Source of the DNA: Candidatus Peribacteria bacterium
GTDB lineage: Bacteria > Patescibacteriota > Gracilibacteria > UBA1369 > 2-02-FULL-48-14
Direction: 5' to 3'
Length of the DNA: 64,000 bases
Assembly (NCBI GenBank): GCA_943357175.1
Contig: CALRGE010000004.1
Coordinates: forward strand, 36,420 to 100,419
This document shows positions 26,043 through 35,032 of this stretch, one piece after another. The translations under genes and the position numbers were made by a program. Each line of letters starts with the position of its first letter. Positions within the stretch are counted from its first letter, which is position 1. The notes beneath the pieces are model-generated. The model was not told the DNA's origin. It worked only from the letters and a program-made list of their open reading frames with translations, and searched no databases.

Positions 26043-27115
26043 AAAAATTATTCTATATCTTGCCTGAATATTCAAAGAATACCTCAAGTCACTTCAGGTA
26101 TAATATTGAACTTTTAGAGGAAGTTGCAAAAGAAATGGAGGTTTTTTTATTTATTGAAAAAGGCGAAAAATTTAAATCTAATATACAGAAAATTTACATT
26201 GGAAAATTCAAGTTTTTGCCATTTAGAATACTTGAACGGTTTTTTATTTTTTCTTTTGCTAGACTTTCCGGCTATAGAAATTTCTATTCACATTATGCAT
26301 ATTTGAGCGCGATGATTGCAGGTTTTATTTGTAGAATTAGTTTTGGCAAGCTGTATTTTTGGCATTGTGAGATGCGAAAGGAATATGAAGTTGCATGCAA
26401 CTTATGCAATTTACCTGCAAAGTTAAGTAAAGATTGGCCCTTTAGAATTGTTTTGAAGATTTGTTCTAGGCTAGTAACCTGCTCTGAACAAATGAAGAAA
26501 TATTATTCAAAAGAATTTGCAGTTCGATCTGGAAAAATTTCTGTCATGCCGAACTGGGTTAATACTGAAAAATTGAGGATTGAAAAGAGAAAAGCTGGAA
26601 ATACTATTTTATTTTTACATTGGCTTTCAGAAAGGAAGGGTACACGAATTTTACCTGAAATATTTTCTGAAATTTCGAGTAAAATGAAAGACGTAAAATT
26701 TATTGTTGTAGGTGAAGGTCCTGATTTTCAATTTCTGAAGGATGAATTTAAAAAGAGAGAATTAAATGTTGAAATGCCCGGAGCAGTTGCAAATAAAGAC
26801 ATTTCTTCATACTTTAATCGTGCTGATGTATTTATAAATCCTTCTAGAGAAGAAGAGTTCGGTAGGGTAATAATTGAGGCAATGGCTGCAGGTCTACCTG
26901 TAGTCTCAACAAAAACTTTAGGGGCGGAGGCCATTTTAAGTCCGAAGCAGAAAAAATTTAGTTTTAATTATGATAAACCGCAAGAAGGTGCGAGAAAATG
27001 TATCGAGATTTTAAATTCACCACAGATTTTTGAGGATGTGAAAAAAGATGGCCTTGAAAGGGTGAAGCTTTTTAGTAAAGAACGGGTACTAAAGCAGTTT
27101 ATTGCTTTATTTTAA
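26039..27115 (+). CDS. GT4-family glycosyltransferase
   Basis: PSREEEFGRVIIEAMAAGLPVVSTKTLG. 4-nt overlap with the upstream gene. Confidence 0.7.
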   Translation: MKKLFYILPEYSKNTSSHFRYNIELLEEVAKEMEVFLFIEKGEKFKSNIQKIYIGKFKFLPFRILERFFIFSFARLSGYRNFYSHYAYLSAMIAGFICRISFGKLYFWHCEMRKEYEVACNLCNLPAKLSKDWPFRIVLKICSRLVTCSEQMKKYYSKEFAVRSGKISVMPNWVNTEKLRIEKRKAGNTILFLHWLSERKGTRILPEIFSEISSKMKDVKFIVVGEGPDFQFLKDEFKKRELNVEMPGAVANKDISSYFNRADVFINPSREEEFGRVIIEAMAAGLPVVSTKTLGAEAILSPKQKKFSFNYDKPQEGARKCIEILNSPQIFEDVKKDGLERVKLFSKERVLKQFIALF

Positions 27116-27512
27116 ATACCAAAAATTTACTACCAAAGAAGTTCCAGAAAAGCACTACGACTACTGCTGAAAGCTTGCCAATTATATCGTGTTCTTGGCC
27201 AAAATAAGTAACGAAAAGATACAACAGTAATTCTGTTATCGCCAAGCCTACAAGTTGTATGCCAATAAATTTACCGTACTCAAGCTTCTTCTTTTCATGA
27301 ACACTTTGAAAAGTAAAATTTCTATTTAGATAGTAGCTATTCGCTGTGGAAATGATAAAGGCAAAAATATTTGCAGTGAGATAAAATACATTTAAGAATC
27401 TTGTAAAGAAATAATAAGTAAGTGTATCAATTGCAGTATTGATAACACCAACAATACAAAATTTTATAAATTGTCTAAAGCTGAGTGGAATCTTTTCCCA
27501 ATGCTGTTTCAT
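27099..27512 (-). CDS. GtrA-family small membrane protein (putative polyprenyl-P-sugar translocation)
   Basis: FIKFCIVGVINTAIDTLTYYFF, four TM helices, 137 aa, C-terminal FFGSKFLVF. Confidence 0.8.
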   Translation of the reverse strand: MKQHWEKIPLSFRQFIKFCIVGVINTAIDTLTYYFFTRFLNVFYLTANIFAFIISTANSYYLNRNFTFQSVHEKKKLEYGKFIGIQLVGLAITELLLYLFVTYFGQEHDIIGKLSAVVVVLFWNFFGSKFLVFKIKQ

Positions 27513-27557
27513 GTTGCCGATTATACATATATAATCGGCCTGATTCTATATAAGATT

Positions 27558-28190
27558 ATGCCAAACAGAAGAATTGAATGGGTGCTACAAAAAGGCTTAG
27601 GAAAGCGAATTCTTGATATTGGTTTCGTTGGAGAAGAAGAAAAAGATGCAGATTTGCATAGGTTGCTTCGTGCAAAGTATCCGGATTCTTTCATGGCAGG
27701 AATAGATACAAATGAAGAATTGTTAAAAAAATATAATTTTCCAAATTCAACAGTTGGATCATTCCTAGAAATGCCATATGAGAATGAATCTTTTGATACT
27801 GTTATTCTACTTGAAGTAATTGAACATGTTCTAGATTCTGTGAGAGGTTTTGCTGAAATTGCTAGAGTATTAGAAAAGGGTGGTAAATTTATCATTACAA
27901 CGCCCTGCTGTTATGGTTATTTACATTGGCTTAAACATTGGATGTTTTCAGGTGAGGCACATGCTAGAAGCAATTACAGGAGTTTTCTTGGGAATGATGA
28001 CCATAAAATGTTTTGGGAACCACTCTCACTCTGCAATATTTTGGCTATGAATAATTTGAAAGTTACAGAGATGACAACGAGAAACTTGGCCCTGCCATAT
28101 ATTCCTCAAGCTTTTAAAAATCCTCCTTTGCATTTTTGGCCGTTTACAAAAATGGGAACTTACATTTGCATTGTTGCAGAAAAACAATGA
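27558..28190 (+). CDS. class I SAM-dependent methyltransferase
   Basis: ILDIGFVGEE (motif I), FDTVILLEVIEHV, LEKGGKFIITTP (Methyltransf_11 pattern). Start at the ATG at 27558 avoids overlapping the gtrA start. Confidence 0.7.
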   Translation: MPNRRIEWVLQKGLGKRILDIGFVGEEEKDADLHRLLRAKYPDSFMAGIDTNEELLKKYNFPNSTVGSFLEMPYENESFDTVILLEVIEHVLDSVRGFAEIARVLEKGGKFIITTPCCYGYLHWLKHWMFSGEAHARSNYRSFLGNDDHKMFWEPLSLCNILAMNNLKVTEMTTRNLALPYIPQAFKNPPLHFWPFTKMGTYICIVAEKQ

Positions 28191-29266
28191 AAATTCTTTA
28201 TTTAAGCAATAATAGATTTCCAACTGAAAAGGCACATGGCCTGCAAATTGCGAAAATGTGTGAAGCGTTTATTGACCAAGGGACTGAGGTTTTACTAATT
28301 CTGCCAAATCGGTTACAGCCAAGTGAAATTAGTACGGCTAAAGAATTTTATGGATTAAAAAAAGATATTAAAGTTAAGCAAATCTGGAATATAGATTTAC
28401 TGTTAAATAATGTTGTTCCAAGAACTTTTGCATATTTTTTACAAAGTTTTACTTTTGCAATTTCATTTATAATAAGACGTTGGAAATATAAAAAATATGT
28501 TATTTACTCGAGAACTTTTTTGCCATTAATCGGGTATAGAGGTAAGTGGTTTTTTGAAGCGCATACTTTTCCAAAAACTTTTATTGGTCAATTGATGCAG
28601 AGAATTTTTCTAAGAAATGCAAGCGGTCTGGTTTGCATTAGCCAAGCTTTAGCAAAAAAATTTGGTCAAATTTATAGTGGTGAGATTTTGATTGCACACG
28701 ATGGTGTTGATATTGATTTATTTAGTAATTTTAAGAAGACAAGTGGTCATAAAAATGTTCTTTATACCGGTTCACCTTATAAAGAAAAAGGTGTTTTGAC
28801 ACTGGCTAAAGCTTGTGAAGATCTTAAGGATGTAAATTGTATTTTTTTGGGTGGCAATAAAAATGAACCTGAGTTTAAGCAGCTACAAAAAATTGCGAAA
28901 AACTCTATGGTGATACCTTATGTTAAACATTCTGATGTTCCTAAATATATTGCCAATGCTGATCTTTTGGTGATTCCAAATAGCGCAAAAGATAAGGCAT
29001 TTTCCGAAGATACTTCTCCATTAAAATTATTTGAATATATGGCCAGTGGCAAGAAAATCCTTGCAAGTGATGTGCCTGCTTTAAAAGCAATTTTAACTGA
29101 AAAAATGGCGTGGTTTTTTAAAGCTGATGATGTGAAGGATTTACGTAAAAAAATAATTGAAGCCTTGAATTCAAAGGAAGAAAAGGGAAAGTTCGCTGCA
29201 CAAGTAGCTAAAAAGTACTCATGGACTGAGCGGGCAATAGAAATTCTTGCCTTTTTAGATATCTAA
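28187..29266 (+). CDS. GT4-family glycosyltransferase
   Basis: MKILYLSNNRFPTEKAHGLQIAKM and TSPLKLFEYMASGKKILASDVPA. ATGA overlap with the methyltransferase stop. Confidence 0.7.
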   Translation: MKILYLSNNRFPTEKAHGLQIAKMCEAFIDQGTEVLLILPNRLQPSEISTAKEFYGLKKDIKVKQIWNIDLLLNNVVPRTFAYFLQSFTFAISFIIRRWKYKKYVIYSRTFLPLIGYRGKWFFEAHTFPKTFIGQLMQRIFLRNASGLVCISQALAKKFGQIYSGEILIAHDGVDIDLFSNFKKTSGHKNVLYTGSPYKEKGVLTLAKACEDLKDVNCIFLGGNKNEPEFKQLQKIAKNSMVIPYVKHSDVPKYIANADLLVIPNSAKDKAFSEDTSPLKLFEYMASGKKILASDVPALKAILTEKMAWFFKADDVKDLRKKIIEALNSKEEKGKFAAQVAKKYSWTERAIEILAFLDI

Positions 29267-31127
29267 TAATCATCTTTGGCTCACCGTTATGATCTTTTAT
29301 CAAGAAGTCATCTTCTTTTAATTTATCGTCTGAGTATTTAAGGATTTCAATTGCATCTTTGGAATAATCAAATTTTGATGAGCTTATATATTCAAAGTCG
29401 TCTTTATAAGCACTGCCAAGATAATGAGCGTCTACTTCACGAAAAATGCCTAAGTACCATCTAAATTGATGTTTATATGACAATAAAAACGAGTCCTCAA
29501 TAACAAGTAGCTGATCTTTATCTTGCAAAAATTTTTGTAAAACTGTGAAGCCGTCGTCTTGCAAGAAGCCCCATGATGCTAGTGATATATGTTGTTTAAA
29601 TGCTTGATACGAATATATATTACTACGCCCATATTCACCTTCAAGGATTGTATCGTCCATCGGAATTACAAAAATGTGGGTATTTAATGCGTAAATAAAT
29701 GCCCAGACTGTATAAATACAAGACCATAAAATGACTGACACTTTAAGCATTATATTTTTCCAATTGATCTGCCCTAATACAAACAATGATAAGAGTAAAA
29801 ATGGTATTGTGAGATATTCTGCGTAATATGCTCTGTATCCGTTAAAAGAGAAGAAAAGAATCGATATAAGTATGATTGAAATAAAAAAATAGATTGGTAT
29901 AATTCTATCTTTTAAATTTTTTCTGAAAATAAAAACGAGCGGTATTGATGCGAATAAGTTGATAGCAATTAATAGTGACCATTGATCTGCCAATAATTGC
30001 AAGAAACCTGCTAAAGTTTTGAAGAATGAGGGTGTAATTTCGCTATAAAGACCGACATTTCCCATAATTGAATTTGCATTGAATCCAAGTAAATTAAGAA
30101 GCTTAGCTGTTGGCACATCTGTGTAACCTGTTAGTTGATATGCACATATATTGAATACGATGACCGGCAAGAAAAAGAATAATGTAACAAGTGATGTTTG
30201 GAATAAATTTTTGTATCCTTTTTTATTAAATAGCCAGAAAAATATAAATGGTGGAATCAAGAAAATTGCGCTTAATTTTACTAAGATTGTTGATGCTGCC
30301 AAAAGTCCAATGAGAAAGATATCGAGCTTGCTCGGACTGTTTTTTTTCTGCAAAAATCTTATAAAAAAATATGAAAATAAGAGTACAAAAAATGTAAAAA
30401 CACTACCATCTTGAGGTATCATTAATCGTGAGCCGAAAATTGCGTATGTATTTATTGAGAGAAGTAATAAGCCGAAAGCTGTTATAGTTTTTGATAACTT
30501 TAAACTTTTCGCAAAAAGCAAGAATAGTGCTAATTCAAGTAATCCAAAAACAATCATTGGGCTACGAAGAATATATTCAGGCAAATATGCATATTGAAAT
30601 GGTGTCACTAAGCTATAAATAATAAAAGATACGAAATATCCGAGTGGAGAATGATCTGTTCCGGAAAGAAAAAATGCATCTCTACCGACCAAAATTCCAC
30701 TGAATAGATGATAAGAATAAAGTGAGAGTTCTTGTTCATCACCATTGATATTTTGGTTTGCGTTTCCGTAAATGCGAAGAAAAATTCCTAGTGCAAAAAT
30801 TGATAGTATTAAATAAAGCCATTTTTTTTCTGGAGCTTCGAATTTTCCGTGAAATGATTCTTTTTTCCTTGAGATGTAGTAGAGACAAGAACAAAGTAGA
30901 ATGTATATCGGGAAAAGTGTATCGATATGAACCTGATATGGATTTGGAGAGTAAAAATATTCGATTATATTATTTGACAGACCGACCGGATATCCGAGTA
31001 GAAAACTAATACCTATGCTGAGTATGATTGCCTCCCAAAAATTGAGTTTTTCATTTTTACCCCAAATTGATTTTAGGAAAAAATAGCCCGGAAAAAAGAT
31101 TGCAAAAGGCGCAAATAGAATTGTCAT
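29208..31127 (-). CDS. GT-C fold polyprenyl-phosphate-sugar-dependent glycosyltransferase (ArnT/PMT, GT39/GT83-like) with C-terminal soluble domain
   Basis: More than 12 TM segments. The first extracytoplasmic loop carries NGDEQE (the D/E motif of GT-C enzymes). About 170-aa hydrophilic C-terminus. Operonic with a Dpm1/ArnC-like GT2. Confidence 0.6.
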   Translation of the reverse strand: MTILFAPFAIFFPGYFFLKSIWGKNEKLNFWEAIILSIGISFLLGYPVGLSNNIIEYFYSPNPYQVHIDTLFPIYILLCSCLYYISRKKESFHGKFEAPEKKWLYLILSIFALGIFLRIYGNANQNINGDEQELSLYSYHLFSGILVGRDAFFLSGTDHSPLGYFVSFIIYSLVTPFQYAYLPEYILRSPMIVFGLLELALFLLFAKSLKLSKTITAFGLLLLSINTYAIFGSRLMIPQDGSVFTFFVLLFSYFFIRFLQKKNSPSKLDIFLIGLLAASTILVKLSAIFLIPPFIFFWLFNKKGYKNLFQTSLVTLFFFLPVIVFNICAYQLTGYTDVPTAKLLNLLGFNANSIMGNVGLYSEITPSFFKTLAGFLQLLADQWSLLIAINLFASIPLVFIFRKNLKDRIIPIYFFISIILISILFFSFNGYRAYYAEYLTIPFLLLSLFVLGQINWKNIMLKVSVILWSCIYTVWAFIYALNTHIFVIPMDDTILEGEYGRSNIYSYQAFKQHISLASWGFLQDDGFTVLQKFLQDKDQLLVIEDSFLLSYKHQFRWYLGIFREVDAHYLGSAYKDDFEYISSSKFDYSKDAIEILKYSDDKLKEDDFLIKDHNGEPKMIIRYLKRQEFLLPAQSMSTF

Positions 31128-32218
31128 ACTTTAAAGAATTCTTTGATTTTTAAGATAACGTAATCTTGCTGTTCATTTGTTAGTGAATAGCTGGATGGCA
31201 AAGAAAGTCCCGTCTCGTATGCATTTAGCGAATTAGGAAAATCACCTAATACTATGTTTGCCTTTGGTGACTGATAACATGGCTGAAGATGTAGTGGGTA
31301 AAAAAATCTTCTAGAACCAATTCCATTTTCCTTCAAAAATATTTCAAGCTTTTCGGCACTCGGAACTTCTATATTGGTGAACCAGTAAACAGGCGAGATA
31401 TGATCTGGATTTTGATAAAATTTGACGGTGTTTTTTAATTCAGCCAAATACTTATTATTTATTTCTTCTTTTCTTGCAAGAATTTTGGGTAGTTTTTTTA
31501 GTTGAGAAATACCAACCGCTGCATGAAGATCCGAAAAACTAAAATTAAATCCTATGCTTTCATGTATGAAAATTCCTTTCTTTTCTCGCCCATGATTTTT
31601 CATTTTATAAAGTTCTTTTGCAAGATTTTCATCCTCTGTAAGCATAACAGCGCCCTCCGCACTCGTAACAATTTTATTTGCGTAAAAAGAAATCATTCCG
31701 ATATCACCAATTGTTCCTACATGCTTATTTTTATATGTTGTTCCAATACTTTCGGCTGCGTCTTCAATTATGTATATTTTATGCTCTTTTGCAATTGCCA
31801 TTATTTCATCCATTTCTGCAGATTGCCCGTAAAGATGGACAGGAATTATGGCCTTGGTTTTTGAGCTAATTTTTGATCGTAAGCTTGCTGGAGATATTTG
31901 CCAGCCACTTTCATTAATATCGCAAATAACAGGTGTGGCACCGGCTAAAATTACTGCATTTGCCGTTGCTATGAAAGTAAGATCCGGGACTATCACTTCA
32001 TCACCTGGGCCGATTCCGAGAACCATAAGCGAGGCCGCGAGGCCGAGCGTGCCATTCGCGTATGCAATCGCATATTTTGCACCTGTGATTTTTCTAAGCA
32101 TCTCTTCAAATTCCTTAGTTGCATCGTTTTCACTTATATAAGTGGAAGAAATTACTTTTCTTAATTCTTCCAATTCTGAGTCATCAATCCAAGGCTGAAT
32201 TTGAGGTATAAAATCCAT
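31124..32218 (-). CDS. DegT/DnrJ/EryC1-family sugar aminotransferase
   Basis: ANGTLGL, GDEVIVPDLTFIAT, IIEDAAESIG, SFYANKIVTSAEG (PLP lysine present). Confidence 0.85.
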   Translation of the reverse strand: MDFIPQIQPWIDDSELEELRKVISSTYISENDATKEFEEMLRKITGAKYAIAYANGTLGLAASLMVLGIGPGDEVIVPDLTFIATANAVILAGATPVICDINESGWQISPASLRSKISSKTKAIIPVHLYGQSAEMDEIMAIAKEHKIYIIEDAAESIGTTYKNKHVGTIGDIGMISFYANKIVTSAEGAVMLTEDENLAKELYKMKNHGREKKGIFIHESIGFNFSFSDLHAAVGISQLKKLPKILARKEEINNKYLAELKNTVKFYQNPDHISPVYWFTNIEVPSAEKLEIFLKENGIGSRRFFYPLHLQPCYQSPKANIVLGDFPNSLNAYETGLSLPSSYSLTNEQQDYVILKIKEFFKV

Positions 32219-32937
32219 TATTTTTTAATTAGTGATTTCCCTGAGAATAAAAGTTTGAGCCCCTCGATAGTGTAAATAAAAATATATTTAGCAAAATAAG
32301 TTTTACTAGATCCTGAGGCGCGCAATCCATATATTACAGGTATTTCTATACATGATTTTTCTAAAATTTGGGCAGCCAATAAGAATCTAAAATAGAACTC
32401 ACCATATCCGGTAAATATTTTCTTTGTATTCATTTTCTCTAGAATTGATTTTTTGAACATAACAAACCCACCAGTGTTATCTGTGGATTTCATCGAAAGA
32501 ATAAACGACAAATAGTAATTAAAAATCATGCTGCCAATATATCTTCCTCTTCCGCCATCCATGTTACCTCCCCATGTGTATCTTGAGCCTGTAACTATGT
32601 CATAAAATTTGGAAAATTCAAAAAATTGTTTGAGGTACTTTGGGTCATGGTTAAAATCCGTATCCATCAAAACTATATGAGTACCTGTAGACTCATTGAT
32701 TCCGCGAAGAATTGCAGTTGCTAAACCTTTTTCATTTTTCCGGATTATAACCTTAATATTCTTATTATTTTTGAATGATTCTTCAACTAATAATCCAGTT
32801 TGATCTGGTGAATTGTCATCTACTAAAATCACTTCATAATCAATTTTTTCCTTTTCTACAGTCCGTTGAATCTCACGAATAAATGTGACGATATGATCGT
32901 GCTCGTTATAGCTCGGTAGTACAAAGGAGACTTTCAT
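32218..32937 (-). CDS. GT2 polyprenyl-phosphate glycosyltransferase (Dpm1/ArnC/GtrB-like)
   Basis: VSFVLPSYNE, ILVDDNSPDQT, VLMDTDFNHDP (DxD). 239 aa with no TM tail. Confidence 0.8.
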   Translation of the reverse strand: MKVSFVLPSYNEHDHIVTFIREIQRTVEKEKIDYEVILVDDNSPDQTGLLVEESFKNNKNIKVIIRKNEKGLATAILRGINESTGTHIVLMDTDFNHDPKYLKQFFEFSKFYDIVTGSRYTWGGNMDGGRGRYIGSMIFNYYLSFILSMKSTDNTGGFVMFKKSILEKMNTKKIFTGYGEFYFRFLLAAQILEKSCIEIPVIYGLRASGSSKTYFAKYIFIYTIEGLKLLFSGKSLIKK

Positions 32938-33842
32938 TTTGAAATTACAGATAAATAATAATCCAGAGTTTCTTTAAGTGCTTTTTCTACTGATGTGAAC
33001 ATGAATCCTGGGAATAATTTTTTAAATTGAGAGGTATCAAGAGTTAAATCTTTTGAACGGTTAATTTCTTTTTTTTGATCTTCAACCTGAACATTTAGTT
33101 TTTTTGCTATGAATTCAGCAATTTCACCAACTTCATGCAAATCGCCACTTGCAATGTTTAGAATATCGAAGTTTTGCTTATCTTCAAGGCATAATCTAAC
33201 AATTCTTGCTAAATCTTTTGAGTATAAAAAATCTCTTGTGTGACTTCCATTGAGAATGCTTATCCGCTTTTCTAAAATCGCCTGTTTCATAATCTGAGGT
33301 ATCAAATTTGGCTTATCTTGCCAGTTTTGGTTTGGACCGAAACAGTTAGTTATCCTGAGTATCTTAACCGGAAGACCTTGTGACATATAAATCTTGCAGA
33401 TTTTTTCTGCTTCAATTTTTGAGTGGGCATAATTATCATCTTCGTGAGCTTTTTGATCGGAATCTTCTTTTAAAGGTCGCGCAGCATCGTCTGAATATGT
33501 TGTTGCTGAAGAGAAAAATAGGAATTTTTTGAGTGACATAAAAGAACTTGCAACCTTTAAAAGTTTTCCGGTTAACACAACATTTAATTCAATTGTTTTA
33601 TCTAAATCCGATGCAAGTTTTGGGCTAGCATACCCAGCTAAATGTATAACAAAGTCAAAATCCATATCTTTCAAGAGTTCCAAGGGCTCATCTTTGAAAG
33701 CATCAAAATGAATATTTTTTACGGCTATATTCTCATACGGATGCAATGATAGATTTGTGATTTCAAAACCTGCTTCTAGAAGTAATGGAACAATATTTCT
33801 CCCAAGAAATCCATTACCTCCAGTGATTAAAATTTTAGGCAT
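32934..33842 (-). CDS. extended SDR (NAD-dependent epimerase/dehydratase family); candidate reductase/epimerase following the ColD-like step
   Basis: ILITGGNGFLGRN Rossmann motif, SSATTY, YAHSKIEAEK (YxxxK). Confidence 0.75.
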   Translation of the reverse strand: MPKILITGGNGFLGRNIVPLLLEAGFEITNLSLHPYENIAVKNIHFDAFKDEPLELLKDMDFDFVIHLAGYASPKLASDLDKTIELNVVLTGKLLKVASSFMSLKKFLFFSSATTYSDDAARPLKEDSDQKAHEDDNYAHSKIEAEKICKIYMSQGLPVKILRITNCFGPNQNWQDKPNLIPQIMKQAILEKRISILNGSHTRDFLYSKDLARIVRLCLEDKQNFDILNIASGDLHEVGEIAEFIAKKLNVQVEDQKKEINRSKDLTLDTSQFKKLFPGFMFTSVEKALKETLDYYLSVISK

Positions 33843-35031
33843 TTTTTGAAAAATATTCTTTAAATGTCTCGATTATAAAGTTTATCTCAGCTTCACCGAT
33901 GCCTTTATGACAACCTATGTAAAATCCGTGTTTATTAACATAATCAGCATTTGGAAATTGTGCTGCTAGATCACCAAATAAGTCTAAATAATAAGGTTGG
34001 TTGATAAGTGGGACCATATATCTTGTCTCAATATTTCTTTCTTCTAAGAATATAATTAACGGATCGCGCGCAGCAGCATTTTTCAATACAATTGGATACA
34101 TCATAAAGGCATGTTCATAACCATCCGGAGTGCTTGGCAACTGTAAATATTTTTCTAGCTCATTTAAGCCATCTGTCATTTTTGCTGCATTTTTCTTGCG
34201 AGTTTCTATTACTTCATCTTTTCTCTCAATTTGAGCTAAACCAAGTGCCGCTTCCATCTCTGTTACTCGATAACTGTAACCCATTCTAATAAAACTGAAT
34301 CTGCGATCTACAATTTGAAAAAGTGATTCACTTGAGTTTGTATTTTTATCATCATCTATTTTCAGATAAATTGAGTCGCGTCCGTGATTTAAATAACTCT
34401 TCATCATAATCGCCAGCTCGTCGTCATTTGTAAGTGAAAGTCCGCCAACTCCTGTGACAATTAAATGCGCCATGTATGTTGAAAAACAAGCAATATCACC
34501 ACGAGAGCCGACTTTGTGACCTTGCGCAGAGACAAGCATTGTCTCACATGAATCCTCAAGAATTTTTAGATTATGTTTTTTGGCGATTTCTAAAATCGCA
34601 TCCATATCGCATGGAAGTCCAAAAAGATGAACAGGAATAATTGCTCGAGTTTTTGCTGTGATCACCGCTTCGATTTTTAATGGATCGATATTGTAAGTAA
34701 TAGGATCAATATCAACAAAAACGACCTTCATATTATTTTGCAAAACTATGTTCGATGTCGCAATAAAAGTTAATGCAGGGACAATCACTTCATCTCCATC
34801 TGACCAATTCCATTTTTCCTTCATTGCAGCTAGTGCAACCTGTAAAGAACTTGTTCCGCTATTACTTAGAACGGCGAATTTTCTATCGTGAGCTGCGGCA
34901 AATTTACCTTCGAATGCTTGAGAAAATTTTCCATAAGAAAGTCGACCGGAATCTAAAACTTCGTTCACATATTTCTTTTCTAAATCTGTTATGTCGGCGC
35001 AGCCAACGCCAATTTGAACCGGATATTTCAT
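33835..35031 (-). CDS. DegT-fold PMP-dependent 3-dehydratase candidate (ColD-like; His replaces the PLP lysine)
   Basis: DegT motifs SNSGTSSL, GDEVIVPALTFIAT, ILEDSCET. The Schiff-base position reads FSTYMAHLIVTGVGG, with His189 (codon 34465-34467) where aminotransferases have Lys. One nt downstream of gmd. Confidence 0.65.
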   Translation of the reverse strand: MKYPVQIGVGCADITDLEKKYVNEVLDSGRLSYGKFSQAFEGKFAAAHDRKFAVLSNSGTSSLQVALAAMKEKWNWSDGDEVIVPALTFIATSNIVLQNNMKVVFVDIDPITYNIDPLKIEAVITAKTRAIIPVHLFGLPCDMDAILEIAKKHNLKILEDSCETMLVSAQGHKVGSRGDIACFSTYMAHLIVTGVGGLSLTNDDELAIMMKSYLNHGRDSIYLKIDDDKNTNSSESLFQIVDRRFSFIRMGYSYRVTEMEAALGLAQIERKDEVIETRKKNAAKMTDGLNELEKYLQLPSTPDGYEHAFMMYPIVLKNAAARDPLIIFLEERNIETRYMVPLINQPYYLDLFGDLAAQFPNADYVNKHGFYIGCHKGIGEAEINFIIETFKEYFSKNA

Positions 35032-35032
35032 A

